From Balanoglossus misakiensis (taxonomy: Eukaryota; Animalia; Hemichordata), in NCBI GenBank assembly GCA_040954595.2, contig CM082596.2, forward strand, positions 5,716,791 through 5,780,790: DNA of 64,000 nucleotides, in the 5' to 3' direction. This document shows positions 40,693 through 52,700 of the stretch, in pieces; the stretch's first letter is position 1, and every line of letters starts with the position of its first letter. The notes below the pieces were generated by a model. It was not told where the DNA came from and did no database searches. It worked only from the letters and a program-made list of their open reading frames with translations. A program made the translations under genes and the position numbers.

Positions 40693-42783
40693 CTACGCAA
40701 TTCTGTCAGTACCAGTCTCGGCGGCAGACTCGTACAGGACGTTGTCAGTGAAACCCAAATTACCCCCGGGAGTTTCCTCCGGGCCAGCAGGCGGGCTACC
40801 CTCATAGATGACGTTATCCACGAATTTCGCCTGTTCGGCACCATCATGTGGCTGACTGTTCGGAAAGATCTCAACTGTTGGTTCGTAGAGAACGTTGTCG
40901 GTGAACTTGACATCTCCCCGTGTCGCAGGGACATCTGAGTTGCCTGTACTGTTGAGTTCATCGTAAACGTGTAATACGTTTTCGGAGGCAGGTGGTTTTG
41001 ACGCCCCTGAACTTGAACTAGTTGCTTTCGTTTTTCCGTTTGAACCCGATTCCGTCGAGAACTGCTTTGGTGTAGCTACATTCTTTTTGTGATCGCTCTT
41101 CGAGTGTATTCCTTGGTTACCAGTTTTGTCGTGTCTTTCTGGGCCATCTCCATCTTCATACAACACATTGTCCACGAAACCATGCGTGTCTTTCCTTGCG
41201 TTTGCATCAGATACATTCGCAGCTGACATATCGGCGGCATCACTGCTCTCATAGATGTCATTAAGAACGAAACCGGGAGCGACTTTGTCTTCAAGTTCGT
41301 AATAAACGTGATTATCCAGGAGACCGTCACCATCCAGGTTCGTCGTGGCTCCGTTCGACCTCGCGAGGTTCGACTCACTCACGACATATCCATCAGAGAT
41401 ACTGGACTCTTGAAGTTTGTGTTCGGCGCCAACCAGCATATTTGATGTATCATTTGCGGATTTGAAATTTTCATCCTTGGAGTACTTCAGCCGTGACAGG
41501 GACGTGCGAATTGACCGCCTGTGTGTTAATAAGCATCGCATATCGTCCGATTATTTTCATGAAATCTTAACTGAATCTAGCTTGTAACAAAACGCATCAT
41601 AATTGTAACTTGCCTGCGATAGATGACGAGTAACACCAGGAGAATTATCATTACTAATACCGCAAGTCCGACGAATAGTCCGATATCTGTAAAAAGAAAG
41701 TGAAAGAAACAAATTAATGATTGTTCCCCCCACAACGTAACTATGGTTACGTACAAACTTCAAAATGTACTTTAGTTCTTCAAAAAGAAAACAAGTTGAA
41801 AGTCGATAGAAAAACACAATTCATTATGTTTGCATGCTGAAGCATGTATCACATTTCTATGTTATACTTACAAATCTGTTGGTCATCTATGTTTTGTGCG
41901 TTTTCCAGTTCTGATAAAAAAGACACGGAATACGTGTTGGTAATGTGATACTAAATATATATAATATACACCATCAGAGACCGCGTGGAACAATTTTACT
42001 GTCTCTATATCCATTTATACTTTTCAGTGATCTCCCTGTTTGTTGATTCCATGTTGCATTTCTCAAATGTCGGATATAGTGTATCAAATTCTGTGGTAAC
42101 CTTCCATACCTGTACAGGTTGGTAGGCTGTCACTCCATTCGCCATTCGACTCACACGTGATGGTGTCCGTGCCGTTCAAGGCGTACCCGTCGTCACAGAC
42201 GAACTGGAGCTCTGATCCATACGTGAAGTCGTCTCCGATTCGTTGGCCATTCTCAACTTCTCCGGGGTAGCCACACGATATAGCTGAAACGCAAATGGGT
42301 TTACGCATGAGAAAAGGTGGTTTTCAATTCATGAACTCACCACATAAAACGCGACGTTTAAAATTGTAAAATCAATCCATTTGTTAGCTTAGAAAAAAAA
42401 CATTTGATTTCTGTTTCGGCCACAGAAAGAAGAAACAACAAAATCCAACGTCTTGATATGACTACGAGTCATGCTTAACATACGATTGCAGGCGGGCAGT
42501 TCTGAATCCCAGGTTCCATCTATCTGACACGTGGTGATGTTTGTACCATTCAGTATATACCCCTCGTCACAGAGGAAGGTGACATTGCCACCGTAGGTGA
42601 AGTCGTCACCCTCTTTGTCGCCGTTTTCTGGTTGACCAGGGTCACCACACGAGACAACTGCAGGCACAAGGAAGGAATGCCCATATGAAGTATGCATGCG
42701 TCAGTCTCAGTGCTGCTCTCATGGTAAACCACTTGAGCTTAAAGTCCCAAAGATGATCGCTCACAATAAGTTTCTCGAAACAG

Positions 42784-42826
<43 letters not shown>

Positions 42827-45800
42827 TGATCGATATGTACTTTCCTACACAAAGAAACGCAACTACAAGCTTACTTGTACAGATTGGAGTCGGTGCACTC
42901 CACTTCGCGTTTTCTTGACATGTCAACGTTTCAGTACCATTCATGTAATATCCTTCATCGCAATAGTAAGTAACGTTGCTTCCATAGGTGGTATCATTTC
43001 CACGGCGATATCCATTCTCAACGTCGCCGGGATCACCACAAGAAACGACTGGAATTACAAAAATATTTATTTGTACAGACAGACAGACAGACAGACAGAC
43101 TGTATATAACATCCAGAACTATTGGTTCTTCACTCAGTTGGTTTGTTTGTAAGTGGTTCAGGGTTTATATCAACGTCACTCACCGATACAGTCAGGTAAA
43201 ACGCCGTCCCAGGTTCCATTTTCCTGACATGTCACTTCCGAAGTATTTGACATCGGTTGGAATCCCGTGTCGCACTGCAAAACCAAAGTGTCCCCCGGTG
43301 TGTAGTGAGTGGCTTCGTTCGGTATTATGTCACCATTCTCGACAGTGTCGTTGTAGAAGCATTTCCAAACAGCTGCGTCGTCATGGAAATAGAAGCGCGG
43401 ATATGTTTTATGTATGCCTGCTAGTATTCTGTTATCATCTCTATGCTAAGTGACCAAAATACGAAAATAGGAGTACACCTCAGAAGGCACCGTTGTTATG
43501 CCCAACAATACATACTTAGGGAAATCTGTAATTGGTTTGTCTGATAACTGTTCTTGGATGCCGACATCCCCACCTTCAGTGCCTTATCAAATTGTGATTT
43601 CTTAAGAAATAAACGCCTTACCATAAAATACCGCTATGAATCTGCCTTCAATTGTCGCCTCAGTGCTGTGCGACTGAAGTCCAATGACAACAGAATTGGA
43701 TTCTGAATATGGCACTATCGGCAATCCACAACTGCAGTTCCAGTAGTATCTTCCCAGAGATGATCTACTAGTATTATCCTTGGAATCGCCTACCTCAACG
43801 AAATCTTGCTCCCGTAGGTAGAATTCCAGAAACGTTACTTTCACCAGGGAGTCATTATCATCAGTGGTTATGTACCAGGAATAAAAGAAATCGTCTGGAT
43901 ATGGATAGGGATAGAACGGAGACAGCACTGTGCCATTTTGAGCGAACTTTTCTTCATCATATTTCTCGAGCGTTGCTGTAACAGAGGCAAAATAGACTTA
44001 ATTTTTTTTTCTTGTGGATGTGGATGTCATCGGGTAATTTTTCTTTTATGCTATCATAAAATTTCAGGTTTTCTATACGTGTGGCCGCGTCGGACCAATG
44101 CCGTCTGATATTTCAAATGACGTCATGTGCAAGCCAGGTGCACTTGCCTCGCTTGACGCGAGAGGGGAAGACTGTGCGGTACGCGAGTGATTCTCTCAAG
44201 TAAGAGTATCAGATGCTTCCAAAACTTGAAAAGGATCTAGGACAAGAGGATTGGAGATCTGGATATCGGACATTCGTCATATTCCATCTCTTTCTGTGCA
44301 AGTGCGTCAGATACAAGACTTTCTCCGCCTCCGTGCGACCGCGCCGTGTTTACAAGTCTTGGGGCCAATGAACTTTTGTGATGCAGGGCATTTCTCAATC
44401 TCGAGTTCAACTCACGCACCTGTCTTCATTTATATTCCTATGAGGGTTTCGTCGGTAATGTTTTGCAAGATTTTGCCATTGTGTGTGCCTGGACAGAACT
44501 GGCTAGCCATGTGGATGCCATCGGGTAAGTCCTGACTTTTTTTTCTAAGGTAAGATAGATAAGATAGATCGAAGTCCCGCGCCCCACGTGTAGCCAAACA
44601 TTTTCCTCCTAAACATCCAACGTGAACGTGGGCTCTACACGTTCACGTAAAACGTGTAGCCGAACCTGTCTAATAACATTGTATTTGGGCTGGGTTTGGG
44701 AATGTGTGTTTCTGAGACACGTTTACTGTTCAGTTGCAATTGCCAGTTGGCCTAGTACATTTGTACATTTGTATGTCCTAAAACTCCAGGGTCATTGATC
44801 CTATGCAAGTTCATTGAGATGTGGTCATTTTACTTACACGTCCATTCTAGTACAAATGTGGCAGGGTCGTCTTCTTTACCCCTATTCTTGGAGTGAAATT
44901 TGACGTCCATCTGATTTGATGTCATCTCGACATCAGAGGGATTGTCAGTTTTACCATCATACTTAACTTCTTTTCCATCTGCAACGTCAATGATGGTGAC
45001 TGTATCTTTGTCATCTCTGAGTTCAAAGTTTACAAAGGTACACTCAATGACACTGCCACTTGGCGCAGAAATATGCCAAATGTAATCATAATCACCCACG
45101 GGATAGTTGTTCGGATAGTCAGGGGAATATATTCTTCCACTCTGTCCAGTGTCGTTTCCTCCATGGTCTCCCTTTTTGGCTGAAAAAAAGAAAGTAAAAG
45201 ATGGCCGTAGGGATGATTGACTTAAAATTCAGTACTTTTTTTCAACGTGAATGTGCATGACCCTAAAAAGCCTAGCAACAGGTACGGGAACTTAAAAATA
45301 CTTTCCCTGAGAAGAGCCTAAATCCGAGCAAATTCTTCTTTAGAAGGCGAAAAGAAGCTTTGATATTTTTTCGGTGTCGATACAGTGTTTATCGCAAAGC
45401 CCATACACCTATCAGGGCCCCGACACGACTGAGAAAAGCCAGCTGTATTTATCACGGATAGTCTGAGTATGCCTACCTTCAAAATCCAACGCAAACATGT
45501 ACAGATCGACTGGTGCTTGACTTTCAACCGACGTGAAAGTAACAGTCATTTCGTTCGATGATGTGTCGGGTATGTGTAGATCGGAGGCATTGAGTTTGCT
45601 GTACCACATCGGTTTACCACTCTCTTTGATAATGACCACATCACCCTCGTCCCTCAGTTTGAAGATGATGAAATTGCTTCTGATGAACGTGCCCTCTGCT
45701 GTCTTTATTCTCCACGTACACTCTGTATTCATTGGGTAAGATCCTGGGAAACCAGGCGAGTATATAGTACTTGGGCCATCATTCCCTTCCACAGTGACAT

Positions 45801-48798
45801 CATCACAGTAACCCATATAACCTGTAAGGAAAGCGCTAAGACTGAGAAAAAGCATGAAAAATCAAGTGCCTTGTATGCAGTATACTTTTTTTTTTAACTT
45901 TCCACATTTAATTTAGGCAATGTTTGCAGTGTTTTCGTCCATGGCGTAAAACAGTGCGTATTATTATTTATATTATACGATTTTTGCTTCATCAACATTT
46001 AAATACGTTGGAATCGTGTAGGAATATCTGTGAGTACAATCAACATTTAGCACACTTTGGTCCTACCGTTGTATATGCCTGTAATCGATGACCCGCCGCA
46101 TGATTGTCCATGGTCACCGGAACACGGTGTTTCACACTCTTCATTTGGCAATCTCCCGTGTCTGTCGTAGTCTTCCTCAGTGTGGTTTCCACAGTAACAA
46201 TGTGTGCCGTCCTGCACCCCAGCGAACGATGGTCTGTCTGAGCAGAAGCTAAGACAATCCTCTATTGTCATGGCGTCACTCTCGTTGCTAGGTCCTCGCA
46301 GTGCGGGGTCAGAATCGTCGTCTTGGAAACAACCCAAGTAGTCGGCATCTAAGGAAATGTGCGTTTCGCAGATAATAGCAACGAACATTGTAAATGGTAA
46401 CTAGACAAGCAACGGTCGCCCGCCCCAAATTGAAACAAACGGTCGTTGAAATTATTCTTGTACTGGAAATAACTCCGCCCAGAATTGAACGTAAACTTAC
46501 AATTGCAGACTACACTGGCACTGTCACCGTTGCATTCTTCTACGAGATCCGAATACTGGCAGTCTTGAACCGCTGTTTCGTTTCCGACGCAACTTAAACC
46601 GGTCAACCAAATCCCTGCCCAATAGTCTTTTCTCTCTGGTGGGTTTGCTCGGTCCCACATTGCACCGGGATGACCTGTATGGGTGAAAGTCTTTTTGAAT
46701 TTTTCAGTGTTCTTAGTAACATTTTTGGCATAATTTGTTTTGTTATTGAGTTATACGGATAACGCTTCTATTTACTGTTCAAAACCGTACCTAAATGTGT
46801 TGCAAACCTATTCCATGTAATCCCCGTTTCTGCTTTTGAAGTCAGGTGATTTCTGCACCTATAATTTTACATTTTGAAGAATTGTTTTGCCGTTTTCAGT
46901 CACTAATTTCAGTCACTATAGATCCCGCATGGTTGCTCGTATCTTGTCAAAATCATGGTCTTATTGGAAATATCTCATTGTGAGGTAACGGCAGATGGTC
47001 TCTTGTCTGTTTTAATTTTGTGATAGAAAATTCAGTTTGGTCTCTACACCCACCAAGTTGTCTGCACACTACGTCAGCCTCGTTCATCGTCCAGTGAAGA
47101 TCTGTATCGCATATCCTCATCCAGGAGGTAATATATGTTTCCTGTACAAACACTTCGACTGCGCCCTCGTAAGGCGTCCTTCCTCCAACAACACCAACGT
47201 CATCTACAGGCAGAGAATGTTGGTCGGAGGCACTTTTAAATTTACTAATGATAATCATATGAAGCTCATGTCCATAAATGCACTGATTTCTGTGAAGTTC
47301 CTCGAAAGTTCAGACTGGTTTCTGGCGAATCTTCTGTTGAGATTTATAAAGGCTTTGCATAAATAGTTCATGATAGATGATTGATTATAAGAAAAAAACC
47401 AGGCGGAACTACCTAACATAAAAACACTGTTTTTATTCATTTCTCCTAAACTTCGCTGACAATCGACTGAATGGTGTGTCTCCATAATTTAAGTAGGCGT
47501 CGTATATCGACAATAATCGTACGCTGGAATGATGGACGTCATTCCGTGTTTACTCGAACCAAATCTTCATCGCGACAGTGAACGTTTAAATTGGACAACG
47601 TTTTCGTGTTGTGTACCAGAAAATATTAATTTAATGATTTTTGTAATTAAGACAAAAGGGGCACGTAGTAGTTCCACCAGGCACGGTAGGCTCTTTGTGC
47701 ACGTACCGACCAAACCCACACCTCTCTGTTCCGTTTTTGCTACTTGTGCGTAAACATGGTAACGGTAACTGACTGGTAACCAGGTGACTCGGACAGTTCT
47801 AAAGACTATACGCTGTGCTTGTGATTAGTTTAGACAGAAGAGGAACCAAACTGGCGACCTAGATTGTAATTGTACGATGATCCCACTTGTGTCCGTGAAT
47901 AGAATCACGCGGTATACACCCCTATGTGGTGTTTACACAACTTGCATGTGACACTCACACAGTGTAAGGGTGGCTTAGCTTAGGATAATTTCAGGGAAAA
48001 TTTTAGCCACAAGAAGAGTAAGTGATTCCAGGGCAGAAACAGTGATGGTATTAACCTCTCCGCTACCATAGTTTGGTCAAAATCAATTGTTTTCTCTAAG
48101 CTAAGGTAAAGTTGTACTACCTCCTACAGGGGTGAATAGGTCAAGGAAACAACACGAACCAGCGATCCATGTTTTTACTGAACGGAAATACGTGACCATA
48201 TTTCATGTCGTATACATGTCAAAAAAGGGATGTGAAAACCGGTAATAACTATCAAAGCATTACCAATCTCGGATATCTCTGAATAACCGTAATCAAGATG
48301 ATGTACATTTCTGAAAAGCTGAAAACTGAAAAAAAAACATGAAAAGCCCTACTCTCAAGTCTCTGTACCCATACAGAATAATTCAGCTGAACAGAACGAT
48401 GCCGTATATTTGTGTCCACTTTGTGAAATGCAATGGTCGAAACAAAACGAACTTCTTCTTGGGTACAATATTGTAAATAAGAAGAAACAGTAGGAAATAC
48501 GTTCTGCCACTTCTAGGCGATGAAAATAAACAATTTGTAGCGGGGGAAACGTTTCCATTAGTTTGTTGGTCGGTTGAACTTGTAAGCAGTGTATTGTTGA
48601 ACTTTTCCAGGTCGTTTAAGTTGCTCAGCCATTCTCACACGGACTGGAGCGATCTAAAACCCATGTGCGCATAGGCCAATCAAGGACAACTGTAACACCG
48701 AGTATATAAGGAGTGACTATGCATGTTTCCATGTATTATCCCATACCTTTACAGCTGGCGAGGCGGCCGGACAGCAATACCACAAAAAACACGATCAT
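40693..48798 (-). CDS. Receptor A: signal peptide - SRCR - WSC - 3xCUB - 4xCCP/sushi - TM - Tyr-rich cytoplasmic tail
   Basis: Signal exon 48747-48798 (MIVFFVVLLSGRLASCK-). SRCR 47054-47203 + 46501-46674 (GGRTPYEGAVEV..CRQLG, IWLTGLSCVGNE). WSC ~46067-46348 (YLGCFQD..CYCG). CUBs ~45477-45821, 44838-45179, 43622-43975. CCPs ~43184-43373, 42875-43048, 42484-42657, 42110-42283. Linker 41871-41910. TM exon 41614-41686 (YIGLFVGLAVLVMIILLVLLVIYRR). Tail exon 40693-41518. Confidence 0.85.
42786..42826. repeat. (TCAA)n microsatellite; an (ACAG)n run at ~43075-43100 flanks the same CCP exon on the other side
   Basis: Both runs are visible directly in the sequence. Confidence 0.9.
48051..48144. mobile_element. 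Degenerate, inverted copy of the same MITE in intron 1 of receptor A
   Basis: TTAACCTCTCCGCTACCATAGTTTGGTC...GGGGTGAATAGGTCAA resembles the reverse complement of 2675-2768. Confidence 0.45.
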
Positions 48799-49654
48799 AT
48801 CCTTGGTCGAGGTGTATAGTTAGCGCAACACTTATTCCTGCTGCGGTCCCCACACACATTCTCTACTAAATCTGTTCCGGGTAATCATGGGAGTGTTTAC
48901 ATCCACTCGGAAATCCAATCAATCATTTACAGTCTGTGTAAATTGACAGATTTTCAGAAAAAAAATGACATTTCTACAAACTTTTCGAATCTTTGCTGGA
49001 CAAAAGTGCGAGCAGATTCTTTATAAAGACGAAAACATCGTGTTTAGCGTCTTGTTTTCATAAAAATCACTATTTTTCTCTATGGAGTTAACACAGAGAT
49101 TGGCGGCCGTTTAGAATGTCAAATTTGAGACAATTGTGTCCCCTCATTCAGAAATTTTTCACTGTGATCCCTCAATTTTCTTCTAAAATTTAAGTGAGAA
49201 TAATCTAAATCTGACTTGAGCAAAATTTGAGAAAAAAGTTAAAGACTTAATACCTTAACAGCTGGGGTATATTGTTTGAATACTTGTGAGTAGCGTCCAT
49301 ACTGAACTTTGACAACAAAGATGATATGAGCAGAGAAAGCTGTCTTTTTGGATCAAAGCCTATTAAAATTCAGAACATGAATTTTAGAACCGTTTGTGCA
49401 ATTTGTAACTCATAGATTGCTCGTGTTCGGTGCCTTAATACCTGCACGGATTGGTAAATGCACATGATCTGTGACCTTATTATAGTAGTAATACTGATAA
49501 TGTTGACTACAACACTTAGCTCTCAAGTGTACGTTGTAAAGTAAATTGTCACCAGTAAACGTCTCTATAAAGGTAGATTGATAAGATAAAGGTAGATATC
49601 CCTGTAAATCACACACGTTTTTTTGTTCTGACACACTGTACGCGGCCAGTCACC

Positions 49655-49747
49655 CAGCTGCAATAACCTTGGTGGCTGGTTTGATCGCGCTGACGGCCAC
49701 ATCAGTGCGATCCAGCCACCCCACCAAGGCTACAATTATTGCAGCTA
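49655..49747. mobile_element. 93-bp MITE with YAG...CTA ends and a 9-bp TSD (Academ-like) in the receptor B 3'UTR
   Basis: CCAGTCACC|CAGCTGCAATAACCTTGGTGG...CCACCAAGG..TTATTGCAGCTA|CCAGTCACC. Confidence 0.75.
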
Positions 49748-49769
49748 CCAGTCACCCTATTCAGGTGTT

Positions 49770-52700
49770 TCATTCGTGCGAGTCGTTGTCTCGGATATGG
49801 TTTTCATTTTCGACTTCTTCGAGCGTGTAGTAGTGCACGTCGTTCTCACTCGTCTCTTGCAAGCCAGGTTTCTCATCCTTCATCGGTTCGTTTCCCGCGA
49901 ACCCCGAGCCGGACTCTTCCTCCGGGACCTGTCCGTGGTCGTAGATGATGTTGTCCACGAAACCGGCGCCCTCCTTTGAACGATCCCCGTTTTCTGTCGC
50001 GCCAGTGCTGTTGGTCGGTTCGTATATGATGTTGTCAGTAAACGCGATCGGTGGCTTACTGAGCATGTCATCGCCACTTTCGTATATGTCGTTGTCAACA
50101 AATCCGACGCCACCTGCCGAACTTTCCACGGCGTCTTTCGAGTCGATGTGGTCGGCCGACGCATACAGTACGTTGTCGGTAAATTGGGCATCTGGCTTGG
50201 CGAGTCCACCGTCGCCACTTTCGTAAATGTCGTTGTCAACAAACCCGACGCCACCGGCCGAACTTTCCACGGCGTCTTTCGAGTCGATGTGGTCGGCCGA
50301 CTCATACAGTACGTTGTCGGTAAATTTGGCATCTGGCTTGGCGAGTCCACCGTCGCCACCTTCGTAAATGTCGTTGTCAACAAACCCGACGCCACCTGCC
50401 GAACTTTCCACGGCGTCTTTCGAGTCGATGTGGTCGGCCGACTCATACAGTACGTTGTCGGTAAATTTGGCATCTGGCTTGGCGAGTCCACCGTCGCCAC
50501 CTTCGTAAATGTCGTTGTCAACAAACCCGACGCCACCGGCCGAACTTTCCACGGCGTCTTTCGAGTCGATGTGGTCGGCCGACTCATACAGTACGTTGTC
50601 GGTAAATTTGGCATCTGGCTTGGCGAGTCCACCGTCGCCACCTTCGTAAATGTCGTTGTCAACAAACCCGACGCCACCGGCCGAACTTTCCACGGCGTCT
50701 TTCGAGTCAATGTGGTCGGCCGACTCATACAGTACGTTGTCGGTAAATTTGGCATCTGGCTTGGCGAGTCCACCGTCGCCACCTTCGTAAATGTCGTTGT
50801 CAACAAACCCGACGCCACCGGCCGAACTTTCCACGGCGTCTTTCGAGTCGATGTGGTCGGCCGACTCATACAGTACGTTGTCGGTAAATTTGGCATCTGG
50901 CTTGGCGAGTCCACCGTCGCCACCTTCGTAAATGTCGTTGTCAACAAACCCGACGCCACCGGCCGAACTTTCCACGGCGTCTTTCGAGTCGATGTGGTCG
51001 GCCGACTCATACAGTACGTTGTCGGTAAATTTGGCATCTGGCTTAGAGAGTCCACTGTCGCCACCTTCGTAAATGTCATTTTCAACAAATCCCGTGTCAG
51101 TAGATTGTTTGTGATCGTCTTTATGAGCAGAAGTGTTATCAATTCCTGCCATGACATCACTTTTAATCGGAAGATCTGGTTGATAATGATTTTGAAGACG
51201 GTTGTCAGGGATTTCGGGAATGGTGACATCGCACGTATCGATGTTTCGGCCATCCGGGCCCGTGGAGTTGGTGACGTCTGTCGTGTGTTCCCCCAACCCT
51301 TGCTTTTCTCTCGCACCACTCTTGATCAACAGGTGGCTGTGCGCGTCCACGTGATCGGGCGGAACTTCCGAACCCTCGGCGGTGTCGGCACTTTCGTAGA
51401 TATCGTTCGTTTTTGATATCAGATCTCGGCCATCTCCCGTCACAGTCCCGTCACCTGTGAGGAATCCTGCGTGGGGATCCTCCATGTTCACGCTTGAGTC
51501 GGTGCCCTTCTTCGACGACTCCGAGGCCAACAGCTCATCACCGGCGCTCTCGTAGATATGACCGTCAACCACGAACTGAGAATCGGTCTGGTGTCCGTCA
51601 GTCTCGGCCAATTTCCCGGCCTCATGGCCAACGTCACTTTCATTCGGACCCTGTCTGTAACGACCACCCTCGGCTTGATCGGATCCTGACAACAGAGCAT
51701 CATCAGCGCGGAAAGTAGTTGTGAGATCTTTCACCGGGACGTACCTTTCAGGATCATCCATCTCGCCCATGCTTATTGCACTAGCATCTATGACGTCGTC
51801 TTTCATAAAAGACCCATTACCAATAGGCCTGTCGTAATGGCCATGGTGTTGCTTTGGTCTAGACTTCCTTGACCTGAAACATATGCGAGCACATTGTTCA
51901 TTAATAACTCAATTTGTTAGATCGTGTTGATTACCTGGTTAACATTAATGGCCTGAAATGTATATTATTTGATGACGTGGTTGAGCAATGTGTTGGTATG
52001 TATTTGAATTTTCTCTCTCTGTAATGATAACTATCGACAAGGAGCTATCAATATACGCTGAAAATTTTATATTTACCGTCGACGTAGTATGACTATGACG
52101 ATAATTATTATCACCAGTACCGCCAGAATTATTACAGCAATAACTGTAAGATGGAAGAAAAACATTTCTGTTCTGGGTTGCTAGCTCACAATGTATAACT
52201 ATCAGTACTTTGGTAAAGCAATGAAATGGGAATGATTGATGAAATCGACATCAACCAAAAGTAAAATTCACTTTCAAGTGGATTAATAATTGTATTTCCC
52301 CTTGACTTTGAATCGTAATGTGAGACATTGTCGGCGTCATTTGTTTGCTACTCATCAAAATTTCAAGAGGATGAAGAAACCAGATAACCATTTCTTACCG
52401 ATGAGAAAATTGTTTCCCTCTTCGCCTGCAGAAATAATCGACAGCAATGAATCATTGACACGCTACAATTATAAACGCTTAAACACGAAGCACGTCATGT
52501 GAAAATACTTAATAATGGCACGACCAAAGGAACAAATGATTGTATGATTTTTTTCAGTCCCATAGAGGATGCTCGATTGAATTCGGACAAAAGTGAAACA
52601 CTTTGGCAATTATCTTATGATATTAGAAAAGCGAAATTTCAGACAGTAGTATATTTACTTGATTCATACCATTGGCTAGGCATGCAGGTAGTTCAGTCCA

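Noticed and set aside
47255-48558. Alternative first exons for receptor A (METHHSV.., METFPPL..)
   Set aside because: Neither gives a signal peptide. Exon 48747-48798 has the right phase and matches the paralog signal exon (ASCK-G).
49655-49772. SECIS element or selenocysteine UGA for receptor B
   Set aside because: The hairpin has a 9-bp TSD typical of a transposon and no clear AUGA/AA/GA SECIS core.
50020-51093. ITAM array
   Set aside because: The tyrosines are followed by EGG/ESA rather than xxL/I, and the 20/27-aa spacing does not fit YxxL-x6-8-YxxL.
49880-51416. Long alternative-frame ORFs (479 aa on -, 422 aa on +)
   Set aside because: They are by-products of a 141-bp repeat that lacks stops in several frames. 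Only the 678-aa frame splices to the TM exon and shares motifs with receptor A.
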